Below, in pieces: positions 38,730-49,728 of a DNA stretch of 64,000 nt (position 1 is the first letter of the stretch; each line of letters begins with the position of its first letter). The notes beneath the pieces were generated by a model. That model ran no database searches and was not told the DNA's origin. It was given only the letters and a program-made list of their open reading frames with translations. A program made the position numbers and the translations under genes. The stretch comes from Deltaproteobacteria bacterium (GTDB lineage: Bacteria > Desulfobacterota > Deferrimicrobia > J040), in contig WVXK01000062.1 in NCBI GenBank assembly GCA_011773515.1, forward strand, positions 68,751 through 132,750, given 5' to 3'.

Positions 38730-40220
38730 CTAATCATATGACTTGACAAGCTCTGTCACCAGCCTCACACCGGCACCGGTTGCACCGGGCATATACCCCA
38801 TATTTTCTTTGTCCCTCCAGGCCACCCCCGCTATGTCCAGGTGCACCCAGGGAGCGTCACCGACGAAATGGCTGAGAAAGTAACCGGCGGTTATCGCTCC
38901 CGCTTCGGGACCTCCCAGGTTCTTGATGTCGGCAACTTCACTCTTGATTTGCTCGCCATACTCCTCAAAAAGAGGAAGTTCCCATGACCTCTCCCCGCTT
39001 TGTTTCGATGCCTCCGCAAATTTGTCGAGCAGGCCCCGGTCATTTCCCATCATACCCATGGAGATACCTCCGAGAGCAACCACACAGGCCCCGGTCAGGG
39101 TAGCAATGTCGATGATGGCTTTCGCACCGAACTTTGTCCTGGCAAAGTGAATTGCATCGGCAAGGATCAGTCTTCCCTCTGCGTCGGTGGTTAGAACCTC
39201 GACGGTTTTTCCCGACATCATCTTGATAACATCGCCCGGCCTGTAGGCGGTTCCCGACGGCATGTTTTCCGCAACGGGCACCACAACGAGAACATTCTTT
39301 TTCACTCCCAGAGAAGAGATAGCCTTGAGTACCCCCAGTGCCGCAGCGGCTCCCGCCATATCGTATTTCATCTTGTCCATACCTTCCCATTTTTTCAGGG
39401 AAATCCCCCCGGTATCGAAGGTCACCCCCTTCCCGATGACTGCCAGTGGCTTATCTTTTACCCTGCCCCCCCGGTAGTTCGCCACGATAAGGCGGGGTGG
39501 AGACGGCGAGCCCATCCCGACCGCATACAGACCCCTCATCCCCATCTTCTTTATCTCCCTCTCATTGTAAACTCTTACCCTGACCTTCCCCACTGAGAGC
39601 TTCGCCGCTTCCTTCGCAAGGTCATCGGGCCGGAGGTAAACGGGGGGGGTATTGACGAGGTCCCGGGCATAATTGACTCCCGCGGCTGTTCCTCTGGCCT
39701 CGAAAACGCCCCTGTTTATTTCTTTCGCGGATCCACCCTTCTCATCGACAATGGTCAGCCGATCCAGACGATGTGCCTTCTCTTCCCTGAACCTGTCGTA
39801 AGAATAGTTGGAAAGGAGATACCCGAGGGTCAGGAACCTGGATAGATCCCTCACATCAAAGCCGCCCTCACCGTCACCGGGCAGCACCGTGGCAAGGTGT
39901 TTTTTCTTGAGACTCTTGGCGATCTTCACCGGGTACAGCGAAAGGTGTCTGGCCCTGTCCAGAGAGAATTTCTCCTTTGAACCGAGTCCGACCACAACGA
40001 CGCGGTCCGATGCAAGTCTGCCCTCCGACAAAAAGACCATGGTTTCGCCGAATTTGCCTTTCAGTTCACCCCTTTTGACGGCCCGGGCGATAGCGCCCCC
40101 GATTATTTCATCGACTATCTTCGTGACACCAAGCAGCCTCTTCGTTCCTTCAAAGAGGCCGACTGCAAGGATATCTGCAGCAACCCCCCGGATATGATCC
40201 GAGATAACCGTGATCTTCAT
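38730..40220 (-). CDS. pepA: leucyl aminopeptidase (M17)
   Basis: 496 aa; M17 signature NTDAEGRLILADAIHFA; metal ligands conserved. Confidence 0.92.
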   Translation of the reverse strand: MKITVISDHIRGVAADILAVGLFEGTKRLLGVTKIVDEIIGGAIARAVKRGELKGKFGETMVFLSEGRLASDRVVVVGLGSKEKFSLDRARHLSLYPVKIAKSLKKKHLATVLPGDGEGGFDVRDLSRFLTLGYLLSNYSYDRFREEKAHRLDRLTIVDEKGGSAKEINRGVFEARGTAAGVNYARDLVNTPPVYLRPDDLAKEAAKLSVGKVRVRVYNEREIKKMGMRGLYAVGMGSPSPPRLIVANYRGGRVKDKPLAVIGKGVTFDTGGISLKKWEGMDKMKYDMAGAAAALGVLKAISSLGVKKNVLVVVPVAENMPSGTAYRPGDVIKMMSGKTVEVLTTDAEGRLILADAIHFARTKFGAKAIIDIATLTGACVVALGGISMGMMGNDRGLLDKFAEASKQSGERSWELPLFEEYGEQIKSEVADIKNLGGPEAGAITAGYFLSHFVGDAPWVHLDIAGVAWRDKENMGYMPGATGAGVRLVTELVKSYD

Positions 40221-40237
40221 ATCGCCTATCTCCTTCG

Positions 40238-40693
40238 CTAAAATTTTTTTTTCGAATCCAGCATTACCGTGTACGGGCCGTCATTTATTATTTCCACCTG
40301 CATGTGTTCCCGGAATGCCCCCGAGACGACACTGTGCCCCTTTCTTTCAAGGGCCGCCAGTACCATCGAGAAGAGTTTCCGGGCGATCTCCGGCTCCTCC
40401 GCGTCTGAGTAGGAGGGCCTGTTCCCCTTTCTCGCATCCCCTGCAAGGGTAAATTGGGGAACGAGGCAGATCTCGCCGCCCACATCGAAAACGGAGAGTT
40501 CGCTCTCCTTTTTTCCATCTTCCGACGGGAAAATTCTAAGGCTGAAAATCTTGCGGGAGATGTATTCGACATCAGCCTCGCCATCGCCCCTCTGCACGGC
40601 GAGAAATACCAGGATCCCCCTGGAGATTGCAGCGACTTCCCTGCCGCCAGCGGTTATCTTCGCCCGCAGGACTCTCTGGATGACTGCCCGCAA
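40238..40693 (-). CDS. dtd: D-aminoacyl-tRNA deacylase
   Basis: Dtd family (RAVIQRV...SGAFREHMQVEIINDGPYTV). Likely TTG start giving MRAVIQRV with GGAGG 5 nt upstream; track gives a GTG 15 nt further upstream. Confidence 0.88.
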   Translation of the reverse strand: MRAVIQRVLRAKITAGGREVAAISRGILVFLAVQRGDGEADVEYISRKIFSLRIFPSEDGKKESELSVFDVGGEICLVPQFTLAGDARKGNRPSYSDAEEPEIARKLFSMVLAALERKGHSVVSGAFREHMQVEIINDGPYTVMLDSKKKF

Positions 40694-40817
40694 CCAGGCC
40701 TCCGTCACAGATCACACAGGCATCTTATTGATCAAAGCCGTTTATACGAAAAAAAGAGCAAACATCGCTTGATATCTGAAAGAACCGGCATGGCTTCCCG
40801 CTTTTTTAAACAATCGA

Positions 40818-41459
40818 TTATTTTGCCTGATGGTGTTGTTTTACGATGCCGGCAAGGAAAATATCTATGAGCTCCCCCGTTATACCCACTACCGCGGCCT
40901 CATCGAGGGCTTCTTGCTTCCTCAAAGATGCGACGACCGGTTCCGTGAGGAAGATAAAGAGTATGAGGCCGAACAGCGTTGCCGCCGTCAATTCGATGTC
41001 AACTTCTCTGAACCGCCCGGTGTCGATGCCCCGCTCGAGGATGTCACGAACGGTGTCGAGGCTCTTTCTGAAGTAGAGGCTGACAAAGTCGCTCAAATGC
41101 CCGTCATCTGCAAACATCTCCCTGTGCATTATTTTTACGATATCCCTGTTGAGGTAGTGGGCCCTTGCATATTCAATGCAGAACTCCCTCAACTGCTCAG
41201 AAGGGTCTCTTTTTCCCTTGAATGCCCGAAGGAGCATCCTGTAGGTTTCATTCGAGCAGAGATCTATGATGCTCCTGTAGAGCCCCTGCTTGTCGTCGAA
41301 GTAATAGTAGATCATGGCACTGTTGACGTCTGCCCTGGCGGCTATTTCCCTGATTGAAGTTGCCGCAAATCCTTTCTCGGCAAAGAGTTCCTCTGCAGCA
41401 ACGAGTATTTTCTGCCTGACCTCTTCTGGAGATCTGTTTCTTTTCTTTCGTGTCGTCAT
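40818..41459 (-). CDS. TetR/AcrR-family transcriptional regulator
   Basis: 213 aa; N-terminal HTH ILVAAEELFAEKGFAATSIREIAARADVNSAMIYYYFDDKQGLY. Confidence 0.9.
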   Translation of the reverse strand: MTTRKKRNRSPEEVRQKILVAAEELFAEKGFAATSIREIAARADVNSAMIYYYFDDKQGLYRSIIDLCSNETYRMLLRAFKGKRDPSEQLREFCIEYARAHYLNRDIVKIMHREMFADDGHLSDFVSLYFRKSLDTVRDILERGIDTGRFREVDIELTAATLFGLILFIFLTEPVVASLRKQEALDEAAVVGITGELIDIFLAGIVKQHHQAK

Positions 41460-41694
41460 AATTAATCAAGCGATTGAAAAACTGAGTTCACCTTATATTA
41501 TGTCCTTTTCCTCTGTCAAGACGAAAAACTCCAAAACAGCGCATACATCCGTCAGTTGCGGAAAGACCGGGAAAGGCGCTTCCAAATAAATTGTCTGGCC
41601 AGCTGTCTGAGACCCCCATCCAACTTTTGCTTTTTCGAGACTTCTTTTTACCCTATAATCAAACCATTAAAACCGGACCAAGTGCTTCCAACCA

Positions 41695-42447
41695 ATGTGC
41701 AAAACAGCGGTGGGCATAGTTTGCGGCTTTTTTCTCGCAGCTTGCATCTCTGGGTGCCAGACAGGGAAAGTGAGAGAGAAAACAGAGGATACCGTGACTC
41801 TTCGGGCTGCGGAAAGCCTCATTGAGGAGGAAGATTACCGGGATGCAATAGAGGTGCTAAAGAATATGATAAACGACCACCCGTCCTCCCCCCTGCTCGA
41901 GAAAGCATATTTCGATATCGGGAAGGCGTATCACCTGGACGAACAGAACGTCGAGGCAGAGGTAGCCCTCGATGATTTCATGCGCCTTTACCCCGACAGC
42001 GAGCTGATCCCGGAGGCTCTTTTCTTGAAGGGAAAAAACACGGAAAGGGACAAGGAAAAACCGGGAAGAGACCAGAGCTTTACCGAAAGCGCAATCGGCA
42101 CATACTCCCAGATTGTCACCAAGTATCCCGAAAGCGCATCAGCAAAGGAGGCCCGGGAGAGGATAAGCGCTCTGAAGGACACCCTCGCGAAACATGAATT
42201 GCTGGTTGCGCGGTTTTATTTCAAGACGAAAAAGTTTTTGAGCGCCGAAAAGAGACTCAAAATGGCTTTTGAAAAATATGCCGATACCGGCACAGCCCCT
42301 GAAATAGTGAGTTTGCTCGCTGAGACATACCTGGCTGAGGAAAAGAGAGATGAAGCGCTGAAGCTCCTTGAATTCATGGAGAGGAACTATCCGGAGAGCG
42401 ATGAGACAGACAATATCAGAGAGGAAATCAAAGGAGCAGGACGATGA
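41695..42447 (+). CDS. TPR-repeat outer-membrane lipoprotein, BamD/ComL-like
   Basis: 250 aa; lipobox LAACISGC; TPR-like repeats; size and architecture of BamD. -10 TATAAT at ~41651-41656 upstream. Confidence 0.65.
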   Translation: MCKTAVGIVCGFFLAACISGCQTGKVREKTEDTVTLRAAESLIEEEDYRDAIEVLKNMINDHPSSPLLEKAYFDIGKAYHLDEQNVEAEVALDDFMRLYPDSELIPEALFLKGKNTERDKEKPGRDQSFTESAIGTYSQIVTKYPESASAKEARERISALKDTLAKHELLVARFYFKTKKFLSAEKRLKMAFEKYADTGTAPEIVSLLAETYLAEEKRDEALKLLEFMERNYPESDETDNIREEIKGAGR

Positions 42448-43148
42448 ATAAACACGCCCTTGTCACGCTGGGGAAAAAAACCTTCGAGGAAAAAGATTAC
42501 GAAGCCGCAGAGAGGATTCTCATAAACGCTATCGACAAGGGAGCAAAATACCCCGACGTGTACTACACCCTCGGACTCACCTGCCACTCCCTGGGTGAAA
42601 TAAACAGGGCGATACACTATTTCAGGGAGGCGCTCAAGCTAAACGCGGAATATGTCGAGGCCCTTCTTGGCCTCTCGATAACGCTAAACGACACGGGAAA
42701 ATACCGGGAAGCAAAAGAGGCCTTCAACAAAGCGATCGACGCCGTATCGGGAAAAAAGACGGTAATATCCGATACGATCGTAAAACCGCGCATGGCGAAC
42801 CTTCACCGGGAACTCGGCAGGGTTTCCATGTCCATAAACCGATACGAAGATGCCGTGTTCTATTTCAAAAAAGCCCTCGAGATCGCTCCCGAGTACATCG
42901 ATGTAAAGCTGGAGTATGCAGGTGCCCTCAGGGAAAAGGGAGACTTTGCCGAAGCCAAAGAGGTGCTCGAAGAAATACTCAAAGAGAAGCCCGCCTTTGT
43001 TCCTGCGCTGCTTGGCATCGGCATAATCAATTACGTCGAGGGGGACGTTGCAGAAGCGAGAGCGTTCTGGGAAAAATCACTGACCATCGAGCCTACAAAC
43101 AGGCTCGCCCACCTCTACCTCAAGTCGATACCGAAGGGAAGGGATTAG
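42444..43148 (+). CDS. tetratricopeptide-repeat protein
   Basis: 234 aa; multiple TPR units (AIHYFREALKLNAEYVEALLGLS...). Confidence 0.8.
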   Translation: MNKHALVTLGKKTFEEKDYEAAERILINAIDKGAKYPDVYYTLGLTCHSLGEINRAIHYFREALKLNAEYVEALLGLSITLNDTGKYREAKEAFNKAIDAVSGKKTVISDTIVKPRMANLHRELGRVSMSINRYEDAVFYFKKALEIAPEYIDVKLEYAGALREKGDFAEAKEVLEEILKEKPAFVPALLGIGIINYVEGDVAEARAFWEKSLTIEPTNRLAHLYLKSIPKGRD

Positions 43149-43162
43149 TTCCAGCCCCGGCA

Positions 43163-45799
43163 TCAGATCCGTTCCAGGTATTCCCGGGCCTTTTCAACGG
43201 CGATCTGTAACAAACGGTTGTCGGAGGAGCCGGTCTGCGCAAGGTCGGCCCTCCCGCCTCCCTTTCCTCCAACGGAGCGGGAAATCTCGTCAACAATTTT
43301 TCTCGCGTCGACCCGTGGAGAAACCTCCTTCGCCACTCCCACGAGAACGGTACTTTTCCCTTCCATTTGCGTTCCAAGGACGATCACCCCTCTTTTTACC
43401 TTCCCCTTCAGCTCGTCCATGACTTCCCTTAATATTTTTACATCCACTTCCTCAAAAAACCGATACGCGAACTGTACCCCTGCAAGCTCCTCCACCGTTA
43501 ACTCACCGCCGGCGAGACCTCCTTTGATGGCCTTTTTCCTGATATCCTCTTTCTCCTTCTCGAGCCTTTTCATATCGGAGAGAAGCTTTTCCACCCTTCC
43601 GTCGACTTCCCCCGGCGCAACGGCCAGAAGGTGAGCGGTGTTATCGAGGATCCTGCGGATACCGTTGAGATAGGTGACGGCCTCAACACCCGTCAAAGCC
43701 TCCATTCTTCGAACACCCGAGGCCAGGGCCCTCTCTTCAATGAGCACGAACACACCCAGTTCTCCCGTGTTCGCCGCATGAGTCCCACCGCAGAGCTCGG
43801 CGCTCACCGCGTCCACCTTTACCATCCTGACGATATCGCCGTACTTCTCCCCGAAGATAGCCACCGCGCCCTTCGTCAGCGCTACGTCGTACGGCAACAG
43901 CTCCCAGGATACATCTCTGCCCTGAAAAATGACCCTGTTCACGTACTCCTCGACGTGGTTTCTCTGGACCGGCGAGACCTGATCGAAATGGGTGTAGTCA
44001 AACCTCAGTTTATCGGGACCGACATAGGACCCCGCCTGTCTCACATGGTCGCCGAGAACGTTTCTCAAAGCCGCCTGGAGAATATGTGTCGCCGTGTGGT
44101 TTGCCCGGATCCTGCGCCGGCGGTCTTCATCCACCGTCAGGGTGGCCCTGTCCCCGACAGATACGATACCGGAGGTCACCGTTCCCCTGTGTCCAATGAT
44201 ATTCTCGGCAGCGTAGAACGTTTCCTCGATTTCAACCTCCCCCTCCGCTGCCGATATTCTGCCCCTGTCACCTATCTGCCCGCCGGCCTCGGCGTAGAAC
44301 GGAGTCCTGTTGGTGACTATTTCGACCTCATCCCCCTCACCCGCCTGCTCCACCGACTCCTGCCCGCGCACGATTCCTGCGATCTCACCGGTATCGGAGG
44401 TAAAATTATACCCGGTAAATTCCGTAACAAATCCCTTTTCCAGAATTTCCACATACGCCGAAATATCCGATGCGTACTCCCCACCCTTCCACGCCTGCCT
44501 TGCCCTTTCTCTCTGCTTCTCCATCTCAGTGTCGAACTCTTCCGTATCGACCGTGAGACCCCTTTCCCGGCAGATATCCTGGGTCAGGTCAAGGGGGAAG
44601 CCGTAGGTATCGTAAAGCTTGAAGGCAACACTGCCCTTGAAGACCTTCTCGCCCCGCATCACGCTTTTTCTCGCCTCTTCCTCGAATATCTTCAGTCCTC
44701 CATCGAGGGTCGCAAGAAACCGCGCCTCCTCATTGACAACCACTTTCCCGATGAACTCTCTGTTTGCCGAAAGCTCAGGGTACTGCTCCTTCATCTCCTC
44801 GATCACCTGCTCGGCGACACCATGTAAAAAAGGCTTTACAAAACCCAGCTTTTTACCGTGGCGCAGAGCCCTGCGCATAATCCTCCGCAGGACGTATCCC
44901 CTCCCCTCGTTTGCAGGCAAGACCCCATCGGCTATCAGAAATGCCGTTGCCCTTCCGTGATCGGCAATGACTCTCATTGCAGCATCTAAAGCTTTGTCTG
45001 ATCCGTATTCGATCCCCGCCATCCCGGCTATTTTCCCAATGAGGCCGGTGAAGAAATCTGTGTCATAATTGCTCTTCACCCCCTGCATGGCCACTGTTAC
45101 CCGCTCGAGTCCCATCCCGGTGTCGATGCTCGGCTTCGGCAGCGGCTGCAGGTTGCCCCCCTCGTCCCTGTTAAACTGCATGAAGACAAGGTTCCATATC
45201 TCGAGATACCTGTCACAGTCACAACCAACGGTGCAGGAGGGTCTCCCACATCCCACATCTTCTCCCTGATCATAAATAATTTCGGAACAGGGTCCGCAGG
45301 GACCCGTCTCTCCCATGGCCCAGAAGTTGTCCTCTTCACCGAACCTGAAAATTCTCTCTTCCGGTAAGCCCATATCCCTGTTCCACATATCGTAGGCCTC
45401 ATCATCATCCCTGAAAACAGAAACGTAAAGACGATCGGGTTCCAGGCCGAGGTCCCTCACGAGAAAGTCCCAGCCGTAAAAAATGGCCTCTTTCTTGAAA
45501 TAATCGCCAAAGGAAAAGTTTCCGAGCATTTCGAAAAATGTGTGATGCCTCGCCGTGTAGCCCACATTTTCCAGGTCGTTATGCTTCCCGGAAACCCTCA
45601 GGCATTTCTGAGAGGTAACAGCCCTCTTCGTCCCCACATTCTCAAGACCGAGAAACGCACCCTTGAACTGCACCATGCCGGCGTTGGTGAAGAGCAGGGA
45701 TGGGTCCTTCCCGGGAACGAGAGAAGAACTGGGAAGTATCCTGTGCCCATGTTTCTCAAAATACTTCAAAAACCTTTCTCTAACTTCCTTCCCCGTCAT
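43163..45799 (-). CDS. alaS: alanine--tRNA ligase
   Basis: 878 aa; class II core, editing domain HxxxH motifs, C-terminal DHHA1-like domain. Confidence 0.96.
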   Translation of the reverse strand: MTGKEVRERFLKYFEKHGHRILPSSSLVPGKDPSLLFTNAGMVQFKGAFLGLENVGTKRAVTSQKCLRVSGKHNDLENVGYTARHHTFFEMLGNFSFGDYFKKEAIFYGWDFLVRDLGLEPDRLYVSVFRDDDEAYDMWNRDMGLPEERIFRFGEEDNFWAMGETGPCGPCSEIIYDQGEDVGCGRPSCTVGCDCDRYLEIWNLVFMQFNRDEGGNLQPLPKPSIDTGMGLERVTVAMQGVKSNYDTDFFTGLIGKIAGMAGIEYGSDKALDAAMRVIADHGRATAFLIADGVLPANEGRGYVLRRIMRRALRHGKKLGFVKPFLHGVAEQVIEEMKEQYPELSANREFIGKVVVNEEARFLATLDGGLKIFEEEARKSVMRGEKVFKGSVAFKLYDTYGFPLDLTQDICRERGLTVDTEEFDTEMEKQRERARQAWKGGEYASDISAYVEILEKGFVTEFTGYNFTSDTGEIAGIVRGQESVEQAGEGDEVEIVTNRTPFYAEAGGQIGDRGRISAAEGEVEIEETFYAAENIIGHRGTVTSGIVSVGDRATLTVDEDRRRRIRANHTATHILQAALRNVLGDHVRQAGSYVGPDKLRFDYTHFDQVSPVQRNHVEEYVNRVIFQGRDVSWELLPYDVALTKGAVAIFGEKYGDIVRMVKVDAVSAELCGGTHAANTGELGVFVLIEERALASGVRRMEALTGVEAVTYLNGIRRILDNTAHLLAVAPGEVDGRVEKLLSDMKRLEKEKEDIRKKAIKGGLAGGELTVEELAGVQFAYRFFEEVDVKILREVMDELKGKVKRGVIVLGTQMEGKSTVLVGVAKEVSPRVDARKIVDEISRSVGGKGGGRADLAQTGSSDNRLLQIAVEKAREYLERI

Positions 45800-46274
45800 T
45801 TTCAGCCCTCGTCTTTCTCTCGTATTCAGAAATTATATCCGCACATTCGCCAGGGTCAAACCCTCTGGCCGCGAGAAATCCAAACACCCTCCTTCTGTTG
45901 TCAAGAATATCCCTCTTTCCCCGTTCCTGCTTCCTCGTCAACAGCTCCACGCCTCTTTCTACCGACCTGTCCCTGGTTAGAGCCTTTGACAACTCCCCGT
46001 TAATTATATCCTCCGGGATTTTCCTCCTCGCGAGATATTCCCGGATCTTCCTCCTGCCGTATCCCGAAGATTTGAATTTAAAGCCGATGAGGGTTCTGGC
46101 AAGCTCCCTGTCATTAAGGTATCCGAATTCCTTGAGCCTGCGAATCGCTTCCTCGACGAGGACCCCGTCAAACCCTTTTTGCAGGAGCTTCCGCCGCACC
46201 TCTGAAACGGAATACTGTCTGATGGAGACGATCCTGAGCGATTCTTTCAAGCAGTCTCTTGGGTCCATCGTCAA
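45780..46274 (-). CDS. recX: recombination regulator RecX
   Basis: 164 aa; RecX three-helix repeats (YSVSEVRRKLLQKGF...); 3' end overlaps alaS start by 20 nt. Confidence 0.88.
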   Translation of the reverse strand: MTMDPRDCLKESLRIVSIRQYSVSEVRRKLLQKGFDGVLVEEAIRRLKEFGYLNDRELARTLIGFKFKSSGYGRRKIREYLARRKIPEDIINGELSKALTRDRSVERGVELLTRKQERGKRDILDNRRRVFGFLAARGFDPGECADIISEYERKTRAENDGEGS

Positions 46275-47413
46275 GAACTGTCGTCATCACCATCAACCCT
46301 ATCAAACTCGTCCCAGGTGAGGTCGGAACTGCTCGTCACACCTTTTACCCGAAGGGCAAAATCTTCAGGATTGGTAGCCTGGCGCATAGCCTCATCAAGG
46401 GTTACCAAATCTTTTCTGTAGAGGTTCATGAGGGACTGGTCGAAGGTCTGCATTCCATACGTGGTAAACCCTTCGGCAATGGCATCCCGTATCTTTTTCG
46501 TCTTTTCCTTGTCTTCGATATACTCCCTTATGCGAGCCGTATTGAGGAGGATTTCCACAGCAGGTACCCTCCCTTCACCGTCAGTGCGCATCACCAGGCG
46601 CTGGGATATGATTGATTTGAGTATCGAAGAAAGCTGCAGCCTGATCTGCTTCTGCTGGTAGGGCGGGAAGACCGTTATGATACGGTTGATAGTCTCCGCC
46701 GCATCCAGCGTGTGCAGCGTGCTGAGGACGAGATGGCCCGTCTCAGCCGCAACCAGCGCAGTCTCGATCGTTTCGTAATCTCTCATTTCACCGACGAGTA
46801 TCACATCCGGGTCCTGCCTGAGAGCGCTCTTCAGGGCTGCGGCGAAGTTGGGGGTGTCAACCTCTACTTCTCTCTGGGTGATTATGCTCTTTTTGTCCTT
46901 CAGGAGAAACTCGATGGGGTCTTCTATCGTAATTATGTGGCAGGTCCGGTGATTGTTTATGTACTCGATAATCGATGCGAGAGTGGTCGATTTTCCGCTC
47001 CCCGTGGTTCCCGTGCAGAGAATGAGCCCCCTTGATTCTGAAGCGACCTTTTCGAGGATTTCCGGAAGATTCAACTCCTCGAAGGAAAGGACCCCCCCGG
47101 GAACAACTCGCAGCGCAACGCCGAGAGTACCTCTCTGCATGAATATGTTCGCCCGAAAACGGCCGAGTCCAGAAACGCTGTACGCCACGTCGAGTTCTCT
47201 CATCTCCCTGAATCTTTCCTTCTGAGCATCGCTCAGCACCATGTTCGTGATACCCATGAGATCTTCCTGCTTCAGCCGGTAATCCATTTTCAGGGGGACG
47301 AGCCTACCATTGACACGAAGGACAGGAGGCAGGCCCACCTTCAGGTGGACATCTGAAGCCTTGTTTTTTACGGCAACTTTCAATATTTCATTTAGGTTCA
47401 GGGACATGTTCAC
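46271..47413 (-). CDS. pilT: type IV pilus retraction ATPase PilT
   Basis: 380 aa; [33 protein letters not shown]; sits between recA and recX with 4-nt overlaps on both sides. Confidence 0.93.
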   Translation of the reverse strand: MNMSLNLNEILKVAVKNKASDVHLKVGLPPVLRVNGRLVPLKMDYRLKQEDLMGITNMVLSDAQKERFREMRELDVAYSVSGLGRFRANIFMQRGTLGVALRVVPGGVLSFEELNLPEILEKVASESRGLILCTGTTGSGKSTTLASIIEYINNHRTCHIITIEDPIEFLLKDKKSIITQREVEVDTPNFAAALKSALRQDPDVILVGEMRDYETIETALVAAETGHLVLSTLHTLDAAETINRIITVFPPYQQKQIRLQLSSILKSIISQRLVMRTDGEGRVPAVEILLNTARIREYIEDKEKTKKIRDAIAEGFTTYGMQTFDQSLMNLYRKDLVTLDEAMRQATNPEDFALRVKGVTSSSDLTWDEFDRVDGDDDSS

Positions 47414-48456
47414 ACTCCCTTTTCTTCATTATTTTGTCTTACCTCGGCAACACTCAGGCCCGTTTTTTCCCGCACCTCTCTCTCTATGCTCTCCTTCAGG
47501 TCCGGATGCTGTTTCAAAAACCCCCTCGCGTTTTCCTTTCCCTGCCCTATTTTTTCACTCTGGAAAGAATACCAGGACCCGCTCTTCTCCACTATTTCGA
47601 GGTTGGTTGCAAGATCTATCAGATCGCCTTCCCTGGATATTCCCTCTCCGTAGAGGATATCGAACTCTACGTCTCTGAATGGGGGTGCAAGCTTGTTTTT
47701 CACGATCTTCGCCCTCGTCCTGTTCCCGATCACCTCGTTTCCAACCTTGATTTGCGCTATTCGCCTGATATCGATCCTCAGAGACGAGTAAAACTTGAGG
47801 GCCATCCCGCCCGTGGTGGTCTCGGGATTTCCGAACATCACGCCTATTTTCATCCTCGTCTGATTGATAAATATGACCGCCGTGTGCGACTTGCTGATGG
47901 TAGCCGTTAGCTTCCTCAACGCCTGGGACATGAGCCTGGCCTGGAGACCCATGTGTGCGTCACCCATCTCGCCTTCGAGTTCAGCTCTGGGAACGAGCGC
48001 GGCAACCGAGTCTATGACGACCAGGTCGACCGCCCCGCTGCGGACGAGTGTCTCCACGATGTCGAGAGCCTGTTCGCCTGAATCCGGCTGGGAAATAATC
48101 AGGTCATCGGTATTCACCCCGAGCTTGCCTGCATAGTGAACATCCAGGGCATGTTCCGCATCGATGAATGCCGCAACACCCGACATTTTCTGCGATTCAG
48201 CGAGTATGTGGAGGGCAAGCGTGGTCTTACCGGACATCTCGGGACCGAAAATCTCGGTAATCCTCCCACGGGGGATCCCGCCGATTCCCAGGGCTATATC
48301 GAGAGAAATGGAACCGGTGGGTATTGCCGGGACCTCCTGAACACTTCCCTGCTCCCCCAGGCGCATGATGGAGCCCTTACCGTACTGTCTCTCTATGGAA
48401 GAGAGGGCAATATCGAGTGCTTTTTTTCTATTAGGATCCATGGCTACCTCCGCCAT
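47410..48456 (-). CDS. recA: recombinase RecA
   Basis: 348 aa; GPEMSGKTT Walker A; canonical RecA. Confidence 0.97.
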   Translation of the reverse strand: MAEVAMDPNRKKALDIALSSIERQYGKGSIMRLGEQGSVQEVPAIPTGSISLDIALGIGGIPRGRITEIFGPEMSGKTTLALHILAESQKMSGVAAFIDAEHALDVHYAGKLGVNTDDLIISQPDSGEQALDIVETLVRSGAVDLVVIDSVAALVPRAELEGEMGDAHMGLQARLMSQALRKLTATISKSHTAVIFINQTRMKIGVMFGNPETTTGGMALKFYSSLRIDIRRIAQIKVGNEVIGNRTRAKIVKNKLAPPFRDVEFDILYGEGISREGDLIDLATNLEIVEKSGSWYSFQSEKIGQGKENARGFLKQHPDLKESIEREVREKTGLSVAEVRQNNEEKGV

Positions 48457-48499
48457 ATTATTTTTATCGGTAAATTAAGAGAAGTTAATAACTATCCTC

Positions 48500-49039
48500 T
48501 CATAATTCTATCGTCTCGATTATATCGTATATCGGCCCACTCTTTAAAATGGTACTTTTGTAGAGGCAGAAATTCTTTGCCACGAATTCGCCAAAAGAGC
48601 TTTTTTCCGGGGCAAACTGTATATCCCTGGCAAATTTTCTCACCCTCCCGATGGTGCAGTGGGGATGAAACCTCCTGCCTTCTGCAGCAAACCCTAACTT
48701 CCGCATTTCCCTCTGGATATCATCATGCAAATTTTTTACCATTTCGCTTCCTTTTTCCACCCCTATCCAGTAAACCCGGGGATATTTCAACGAGGGAAAA
48801 GCCCCGACCGAGGAGAGGGAAATGAGAAACGGCTCTTTCCCGGCAGCCGATTCCAAAAGCCCCTCGATTATTGAAGAAACGATATCTCCCTCCACCTCTC
48901 CGAAAAATTTCAGGGTTATGTGAAAATTATTTTTTCCCACCCACTTAACCCCTTTCATGTTAACAGGCGCGTCGGCAATAAAGGCAGCTATATCTTCCCG
49001 GATATCACCGGGTATCGGTATTCCGGTGAACAACCTCAC
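48500..49039 (-). CDS. thpR: RNA 2',3'-cyclic phosphodiesterase (ThpR/LigT, 2H family)
   Basis: 179 aa; two HxT/SxK motifs (HITLKF, HCTIGR). Confidence 0.88.
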   Translation of the reverse strand: MRLFTGIPIPGDIREDIAAFIADAPVNMKGVKWVGKNNFHITLKFFGEVEGDIVSSIIEGLLESAAGKEPFLISLSSVGAFPSLKYPRVYWIGVEKGSEMVKNLHDDIQREMRKLGFAAEGRRFHPHCTIGRVRKFARDIQFAPEKSSFGEFVAKNFCLYKSTILKSGPIYDIIETIEL

Positions 49040-49728
49040 AGATTGCCTCCGCTTCTTATTGCCTTCATCAGATTGAAAATCGCAAAAGAGGACACCTTGC
49101 GTTTTATCTCCTGTCTCGTGCCGGCAAACTGTATGCGCTTCCTCTCCCGGCCAAAAGGAGTCACGATACCGAACCAGACCGTCCCGACCGGTTTTTCCTC
49201 CGTCCCGCCCTCGGGCCCGGCAACCCCCGTAATCGAAAGTGCATAATCCGAACCGGTAATTCCCGCTATCCCGCCTGCCATCTCCTCTGCAACGACGGCG
49301 CTGACCGCGCCGAAATCCCTGATAGCCCCCTCCGATACGCCCAACTGAGAAACCTTCATTTGGTTACTGTAGGCAACGACGGACCCGATAAAATAGTTTG
49401 AACTGCCGGGGACATTCGTAATTCTGTCCGCAACCTGACCTCCCGAGCACGATTCGGCAACCGACACCGTCACACCCCTTCCGACGGCAATTTCCTTGAG
49501 GTATTCCTCCATGATGCTTTCCCCCGTACCCGCAAAATGAGAGGCGGCAAACGGGGGTATCATAAATTCAGAATCTTTTTCGGAAATATCCTTGATTTCG
49601 AACAGATACTCGAAATAATTTCCTCTTACATCAGCTACATACATATTCCTTGCCCGGTAGTATCCCCTGATTTTCTCTAAAAGATCTGCCGTTGCGATAA
49701 AGAATTTCACCTTCAGCGTTCCCAACAT
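49036..49728 (-). CDS. CinA C-terminal-domain (PncC-like NMN deamidase) protein with unique ~70-aa N-terminal extension
   Basis: 230 aa; C-terminal 160 aa match CinA_C (AESCSGGQVADRITNVPGSS...GSVVAYSN); ATG directly abuts the pgpA TAG stop (TAGATG), supporting the long form. Confidence 0.8.
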   Translation of the reverse strand: MLGTLKVKFFIATADLLEKIRGYYRARNMYVADVRGNYFEYLFEIKDISEKDSEFMIPPFAASHFAGTGESIMEEYLKEIAVGRGVTVSVAESCSGGQVADRITNVPGSSNYFIGSVVAYSNQMKVSQLGVSEGAIRDFGAVSAVVAEEMAGGIAGITGSDYALSITGVAGPEGGTEEKPVGTVWFGIVTPFGRERKRIQFAGTRQEIKRKVSSFAIFNLMKAIRSGGNL

